NCBI RefSeq assembly: GCF_039541115.1
Contig: NZ_BAABFP010000002.1
Location: forward strand, 186,001-250,000
Origin: Angustibacter luteus
Lineage (GTDB): Bacteria > Actinomycetota > Actinomycetes > Actinomycetales > Angustibacteraceae
Direction of reading: 5' to 3'
DNA: 64,000 nt
The notes beneath the pieces are model-generated. The model did not search any database, had not been told where the DNA came from, and was given only the letters and a program-made list of their open reading frames with translations. The translations under genes and the position numbers were made by a program. Position 1 is the stretch's first letter, and each line of letters begins with the position of its first letter. Below, one piece after another: positions 55,453-64,000 of this stretch.

Positions 55453-57440
55453 GTGATCGGTCGAATCCCCGTCCTGTCCGTGTCCCCGGTGGTCGACGCC
55501 GGACGCTGGCCCGCCCGCGCAGTTGTCGGCGAAGCAGTTCCCATCCGCGCCACCGTGTTCCGCGAGGGCCACGACGCGGTGGCGGCCACCGCTGTGCTGG
55601 TCGACCCCAGTGGGGTCGAACGCGCCCGGCGTCCGATGGCGATGATCGAGCCCGGCCTCAGCATCTGGGGCACGGACGTCGTGCCGGACGTCGAGGGTGA
55701 CTGGACCTTCCGGGTCGAGGGCTGGTCCGACCCGTACGGCACGTGGGAGCACGACGCCGTGCTGAAGGTCGCCGCGGACGTCGACACCGAGCTGATGCTC
55801 GTCGAGGGCGCGCTGCTGCTCGAGCAGGCGGCGAAGGCCAAGGGACGCGGCCCGGTGCACACCAAGGCCCTCAAGGACGCCGTCACGGGGCTCCGTGACA
55901 CCAAGCGTCCCGCCCAGGCCCGCCTGGCGGCAGGCACCTCCGCCGCCGTGCACGCCGCGCTGGCGGCCGCCCCGATCCGCGAGATGGTGAGCGCGAGCGA
56001 CGACCTGGTGCTGCGCGTGCAACGGGAACGGGCCCTGGTCGGCGCCTGGTACGAGTTCTTCCCGCGCTCGGAGGGTGCGACGTACGACCCGGCCTCCGAG
56101 ACCTGGCGCACCGGAACCCTGCGCACCGCGGCCGAGCGGCTGCCCGCGATCGCCGCCATGGGCTTCGACGTGGCCTACGTGACGCCGGTCCACCCGATCG
56201 GTACCTCGAACCGCAAGGGCCGCAACAACTCCCTCGACCCGCTGCCCTCCGACCCGGGCTCGCCGTACGCCATCGGCTCCCCCGACGGTGGCCACGACGC
56301 GATCGAGCCGACGCTCGGCACGTTCGAGGACTGGGACTACTTCGTCGCGCAGGCGCGCGGGCTCGGGCTGGAGGTGGCGCTGGACCTCGCGCTGCAGTGC
56401 AGCCCCGACCACCCGTGGGTCACCGCTCACCCCGAGTGGTTCACCACCCGCGCCGACGGCACGATCGCCTACGCGGAGAACCCGCCCAAGAAGTACCAGG
56501 ACATCTACCCGCTGAACTTCGACAACGACCCCGAGGGCATCTACCGCGAGGTGCTGCGCGTGGTCCTGACGTGGGTCGAGCACGGCGTCACGTTGTTCCG
56601 CGTCGACAACCCGCACACCAAGCCTGTGCAGTTCTGGGAGTGGCTGATCGCCCAGGTCAACGCCGAGCACCCCGAGGTCATCTTCCTGGCCGAGGCGTTC
56701 ACCAAGCCGGCCATGATGCACACCCTCGGCAAGGTCGGCTTCCACCAGTCGTACACGTACTTCACCTGGCGCAACACCAAGGACGAGCTCACCGAGTACC
56801 TCACCGAGCTCAGCGCGGAGTCCGCGGACTACATGCGGCCCAGCTTCTGGCCGACCACGCACGACATCCTCACGCCGTACATGCAGTACGGCGGCCGACC
56901 CGCGTTCAAGCTGCGCGCCGCCCTGGCCGCCACCATGGTTCCGACGTACGGGATCTACGCCGGGTACGAGCTCGTCGAGAACGTGGCGCGGCCGGGCGTC
57001 GAGGAGCAGATCGACAACGAGAAGTACGAGTTCAAGCACCGCGACTGGGCCGCAGCGGAGAAGGACCCGAACAGCCTCGTCGCGTGGCTGACCCGACTGA
57101 ACGAGATCCGGCGCGCCCACCCTGCGCTGCAACGCCTGCGCAACATCGACTTCCACCAGACCGGCGACGACAACGTGATCTGCTACAGCCGCAGGCTCAC
57201 CGCCGACCAGTCACCTACCGGACGCGAGGACCTGATCATCGTCATCGCCAACCTCGACCCGCACGGCATCCGCGAGACGAACGTGCACCTGGACATGCCG
57301 CTGCTCGGGATGGGCTGGCACGACGGCTTCGCGGCTCACGACCTGGTCACCGAGCAGACCTGGCACTGGGGAGAGAACGTGTACGTGCGGCTCGACCCGC
57401 ATGACGAATCCGTCCACATCGTGCACGTGAGGGGGCTGTA

Positions 57441-57441
<1 letters not shown>
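55453..57441 (+). CDS. glgE: Alpha-1,4-glucan:maltose-1-phosphate maltosyltransferase
   Basis: [42 protein letters not shown]. Confidence 0.97.
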
Positions 57442-59160
<1,719 letters not shown>

Positions 59161-59168
<8 letters not shown>

Positions 59169-62100
59169 CCCGACTCCCCCGAACCCGGCTCCCCCGAACC
59201 CGGCGACCCCGAACCCGGCGACCATGACGCCGTCGTTCGCCACGCTGCTGCCCGACTGGGTGGCCCGGCAGCGCTGGTACGCGAACAAGGGACGTACGCC
59301 GCGGCTCAACCGGATCGGCGGACTGCGCTGGCAGGACCCGGGCGGCGAGGTGGGCATCGAGACCTGGCTGGTCGCCGACACCTCCGGAGACGAGACGGGG
59401 CCGAGCGGGTCGACGGTCTACCAGGTCCCGCTCACCTACCGCGCCGAGCCGCTGCCGGGTCTCGAGCACGCCCTGGTGGCAGTCGCCGAGCACAGCACGC
59501 TCGGCCCCCGCTACATCTACGACGCCCCGCACGACCCGGTCTTCGTGGGCGCCGTCCTCGACCTGGTCCTGTCGGAGGGTTCGGTCGACTCCGATGGTCC
59601 CCAGGGCACCGGCCGGGCGACCGGGCACCGCCAGCAGGACCTCGACGCGTCGCAGGTGGGGCACCTGGTGGACAGCCGTGTGCTGGCCGGGGAGCAGTCC
59701 AACACCTCGGTGGTCCTGCAGCTGGCCCACGCGGACGGCACGCTCGCCCCACCGTTGCTGCTGAAGATGTTCCGGGTGCTGCACGCGGGCGCGAACCCCG
59801 ACGTGGTCATCCAGTCGGCGCTGGCCGACGCCGGATCGACCCTGGTGCCGCGACCACTCGGTCGACTGTCCGGCCGCTGGCCCTCCCCCACCGGACTGCT
59901 GGAGGGGCACCTCGCGCTGGTGCAGGAGTTCGTGCCAGGTGCCCGCGACGCCTGGCAGGAGGCCGTCGACGCCGTCGCCGACGGCGTCGACTTCACCGTC
60001 GCCGCCCGCGAGCTGGGCGCGACCGTCGCTCGGGTGCACGCCACCCTGGCAGCGACGATGCCGACCACTCCCCTGGACGACGAGGCGGCCGCCGCCCTGG
60101 CCGACGCGCTGCTCGCCCGGCTGGCCTGGGCCGTCCGGCAGGCACCAGCACTGGCCGGCCGCGAGAGCGCCGCCCGCCGCGTCCTGGAAGCGGCCGGCCA
60201 TCCCCAGCACCATCCGGTGCTGCACCGGATCCACGGCGACCTGCACCTGGGCCAGGTGCTGGACGGCGGGGACCGCGGCTGGCTGGTCGTCGACTTCGAG
60301 GGCGAGCCGCTGCGACCGCTCGCCGAGCGCACCCGCCCCGATCTGGCGCTGCGCGACGTGGCCGGGATGCTGCGGTCGTTCGACTACGCGGCCGGACACC
60401 TGGTGGTCGGCGGTGCCGCCGACGAGACCGCCGAACGGGCCGGTCGCTGGGCGGCGGACTGCCGGGCCGCGTTCTGCACCGGCTACGCCGACGTGAGCGG
60501 CCACGACCCCCGCGAGTCCAGCGACCTGCTGCGTGCCCTCGAGCTCGACAAGGCGCTGTACGAAGTGGTCTACGAAGCCGGTAACCGACCGGCCTGGCTG
60601 CCGATCCCGCTGGCCGCCGTGGACCGGCTGCTCGCCGACGACCCCCCCGCTGAGGAGCACCCTGTGACCGACACCACCGAGTCCGACGGGTCGCCCCGAC
60701 CGGTCCCGCACAGCGAGCTCGTCGAGCTGGTGCACGGCTCGCACGGCAACCCGCACGGGATCCTCGGCCTGCACCCGTACGGCGGCGGCCTGACGCTGCG
60801 CGCGCTGCGCCCGCACGCCCGCGAGGTGGTCGCGGTGCTCGCGGACGGCTCGCGCTGGCCACTGACCCACGAGTACGACGGGGTCTTCGTCGGGGTGCTG
60901 CCGGGCGAGGACGTCACCGACTACCGTCTCGACGTCAGCTACGACGGCGCGGACGGCAGCCTGACCACCTTCCCCACCGACGACCCCTACCGGTTCCTGC
61001 CCACCCTCGGCGAGGTCGACCTGCACCTGATCGGTGAGGGTCGCCACGAGCAGCTCTGGACCGTGCTCGGCGCGCACGTGCGCCGCTACCCCGGTCAGAT
61101 GGGCGAGGTCAGCGGCACGTCGTTCGCCGTGTGGGCCCCGCACGCCCGCGGCATCCGGCTGGTCGGCGACCTCAACCACTGGGACGGCGCGGGCTACCCG
61201 ATGCGCTCACTCGGCTCGACCGGCGTGTGGGAGCTCTTCGTGCCCGGCGTCGGTGCCGGCACCCGCTACAAGTTCGAGATCACCGGCTCGGACGGCGTCC
61301 AACGGCTCAAGGCCGATCCGATGGCGCGGGCCACCGAGGCGCCGCCGTCCACCGCCTCGGTCGTGACCGAGAGCGAGTACGCGTGGGGCGACGCGGCGTG
61401 GATGACGCGACGGGCGCAGACCGACCCGCACAGCGGTCCGATGAGCACGTACGAGGTGCATCTGGGCTCGTGGCGGCAGGGTCTGAGCTACCGCGACCTC
61501 GCCCAGCAGCTGACCGACTACGTGGTCGAGACCGGGTTCACCCACGTCGAGCTCATGCCCGTCATGGAGCACCCCTACGGGCCGTCCTGGGGCTACCAGG
61601 TCACGGGCTACTACGCGACGACCGCGCGGTTCGGCAGCCCGGACGACTTCCGCTTCCTGGTCGACACCCTGCACCAGGCCGGGATCGGCGTGATCCTGGA
61701 CTGGGTGCCCGCGCACTTCCCCAAGGACGCCTTCGCGCTGGCCCGGTTCGACGGCGAGCCGCTCTACGAGCACCCGGACCCGCGGCGCGGTGACCAGCCC
61801 GACTGGGGCACCCACATCTTCGACTTCGGCCGCCCCCAGGTGCGCAACTTCCTGGTCGCGAACGCGGTCTACTGGTGCGAGGAGTTCCACGTCGACGGGC
61901 TGCGGGTCGACGCCGTGGCCTCGATGCTCTACCTGGACTACTCGCGCAAGGACGGCGAGTGGCTGCCGAACGAGTACGGCGGCCGGGAGAACCTGCAGGC
62001 CGTCCAGCTGCTGCAGGAGACCAACGCGACGCTGTACAAGCGGGCGCCGGGGATCGTGACGATCGCCGAGGAGTCCACCGCCTGGCCGGGCGTGACCCGG

Positions 62101-62889
62101 CCGACGCACCTGGGTGGCCTGGGCTTCGGCCTGAAGTGGAACATGGGCTGGATGCACGACTCGCTGGAGTACGTGCAGCACGAGTCGATCCACCGCCAGT
62201 GGCACCACCACCAGATGACGTTCTCGCTGATGTACGCGTGGAGCGAGAACTTCGTGCTGCCGATCAGCCACGACGAGGTGGTGCACGGCAAGGGGTCGCT
62301 GCTGCGCAAGATGCCCGGCGACCGGTGGCAGCAACTGGCGAACGTGCGGGCCTACCTCGCCACCATGTGGGCGCACCCGGGCAAGCAGCTGCTGTTCATG
62401 GGCAGCGAGTTCGCCCAGGAGGCCGAGTGGGCGGACGCGCACGGCCTGGACTGGTGGCTGCTGGACCAGCCCGCGCACCGCGGCGTCCACTCGCTGGTCC
62501 GGGACATGAACGCCGTGTACCGGGACGTCCCGGCGCTGTGGTCGCAGGACCTGTCCCCCGAGGGGTTCCGCTGGATCGACGCCAACGACGCCGCCGGGAA
62601 CGTCTTCTCCTTCCTGCGCTTCGGCGCCTCGCCCGGCGACGACGTCCTGGCCTGCGTGATCAACTTCGCCGGGACGCCGCACCACGGGTACCGGATCGGG
62701 CTGCCCTTCGCGGGGCGCTGGCGGGAGGTGCTCAACACCGACTCGGCGGAGTACGGCGGATCGGGGGTGGGCAACCTCGGCGGCGTCGACGCGGACGGCG
62801 ACGGCTGGCACGGTCTGCCCGCCTCCGCCGAGGTCAGCATCCCGCCGCTCGGTGCGGTGTGGCTGCTGGGCTCGCCCGCTCAAGCCTGA
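59161..62889 (+). CDS. mak-glgB: Maltokinase (about 59161-60650) in frame with the 1,4-alpha-glucan branching enzyme (from GTG 60664)
   Basis: Mak: [41 protein letters not shown]. Glg[37 protein letters not shown]. Confidence 0.93.
59170..59223 (+). repeat. 15-bp tandem repeat encoding PNPA(P/T)
   Basis: CCCGAACCCGGC core repeated three times at a 15-bp period. Confidence 0.75.
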
Positions 62890-62950
62890 GCCCGGGGAAG
62901 CCGACTCGTAGGGTTGGACGACTGACCGGGCGCCGTGGAGAGGAGCAGCC

Positions 62951-64000
62951 GTGTCCCCCACCCCTGCTCCCGCGTACGCGGCCGAAGCGGTCCGCGCCCT
63001 GCACGAGCTCGTGCTGCAGCCCGAGGCCCGCTACGAGGAGCTGCTCGCGGTGCCGGCCGACTACGCCCTGCGAGCCCTGGGCGCGGACACCGCGTCGCTG
63101 TCCCGCTGGGAGCGTGACCGCGGGCTGCTCCGCACCCTGGTGAACGTCGGCGCGCGAATCGAGGCGGGCCGCCGCTTCCCGCGCGACGAGGTCTACGAGG
63201 TCGCCACCGACGCCGTGATGAGCCGCGTGCTCACCGGCGTGCCGTGCCGCTACAGCACCGCGTCGCTCGACCTGCACGACCACGCCCGGGCCCTGCTGGC
63301 CGTCAGCGGCAACCAGTCGGCGTTCAGCGTGCCGATCACCGTCGGGGACCGGCTGTGGGGTGAGCTGTGGGTCGGCCGCCGCGACCAGCAGCTCGTTGAG
63401 GACCAGCTGGACGCCGCCGTGAGCGTGGCCGGCGAGGTCGCCACCATGGTGGCGATCGCCGAGCGGATCCAGCGGATGACCCGGATGGCCTTCGAGGACG
63501 CGCTCACCGGCGTCGGCAACCGGCGGGTGCTGGACGAGGCGTTGGCCGAGCTGCTCGCGGACGGCGGCCCCGGAGCCACCGTCGTGCTGTGCGACATCGA
63601 CAACCTGAAGGACCTGAACGACTCCTTGGGTCACCTGGCCGGCGACAGCGCGATCGTGGCGACGGCCGACGCGCTCGCCGCCGGGGCGAGCCAGGTGCCC
63701 GGCTCGGTCACCGCCCGGGTGGGCGGTGACGAGTTCGTGGTGCTGCTCGAGGGCGAGCAGCGGGCCACCGCGATCACCCTGGTCGAGGCCGCGGCCCACG
63801 CGATCAGCACCTCGGAGCACCCGGTCGAGATCAGCTGCGGCATCGCGGTCGCGACCGCCGGGATCGGCGCCCAGACGGCGCTCGAGACCGCCGACGCCGC
63901 CCAGTACGCCGCCAAGACGCGCGGGGCGCTGCTGGTCGTCGCCTCCGACCTGTCGGACGCGGGCAGCGCTGCGGCCGAGCGCCGCCGCGGCCGACGCCGC
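62951..64000 (+). CDS. GAF-GGDEF diguanylate cyclase (3' end off the window)
   Basis: Not in the ORF track. GGAGAGGAG RBS and GTG at 62951; in-frame DALTGVGNRR, CDIDNLKDLND, RVGGDEF. Confidence 0.88.
   Translation, partial: MSPTPAPAYAAEAVRALHELVLQPEARYEELLAVPADYALRALGADTASLSRWERDRGLLRTLVNVGARIEAGRRFPRDEVYEVATDAVMSRVLTGVPCRYSTASLDLHDHARALLAVSGNQSAFSVPITVGDRLWGELWVGRRDQQLVEDQLDAAVSVAGEVATMVAIAERIQRMTRMAFEDALTGVGNRRVLDEALAELLADGGPGATVVLCDIDNLKDLNDSLGHLAGDSAIVATADALAAGASQVPGSVTARVGGDEFVVLLEGEQRATAITLVEAAAHAISTSEHPVEISCGIAVATAGIGAQTALETADAAQYAAKTRGALLVVASDLSDAGSAAAERRRGRRR

Overview
High-GC actinobacterial chromosomal segment, probably from a non-mycolate actinomycete (Micrococcales/Kineosporiales-like; taxon is inferred). 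The backbone is housekeeping: ilvB (partial, with a leader-peptide attenuator), ilvD, gatCAB, ligA, mnmA/iscS, etfAB, a block resembling the mycobacterial Rv3030-Rv3032/Rv3034c/Rv3038c/echA17 methylglucose-polysaccharide region, and a glycogen/trehalose cluster (glgX, glgP, glgE, treS, and one maltokinase-GlgB ORF). Accessory DNA lies at about 2.9-17 kb and 40-44.6 kb. The first stretch holds MarR/MMPL, RibD-C proteins, a frameshifted ECF41 sigma factor, a vanRS-vanY-vanJ cassette without vanHAX, and a MoaD/beta-propeller pair. The second holds an ApbE/FMN/ferric-reductase flavinylation module and a lipoprotein/secreted-protein pair. Three GGDEF-domain genes are present. Most notable unannotated signals: (1) a 46-bp palindromic element with two intergenic copies and a third in frame inside a methyltransferase gene; (2) a shared 37-bp promoter-like motif upstream of two genes; (3) a C7 tract at the Mak-GlgB junction; (4) several tandem operator-like boxes. 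No rRNA, tRNA, CRISPR array, integrase or transposase was recognised. Family calls come from motif recognition only; no database searches were run.
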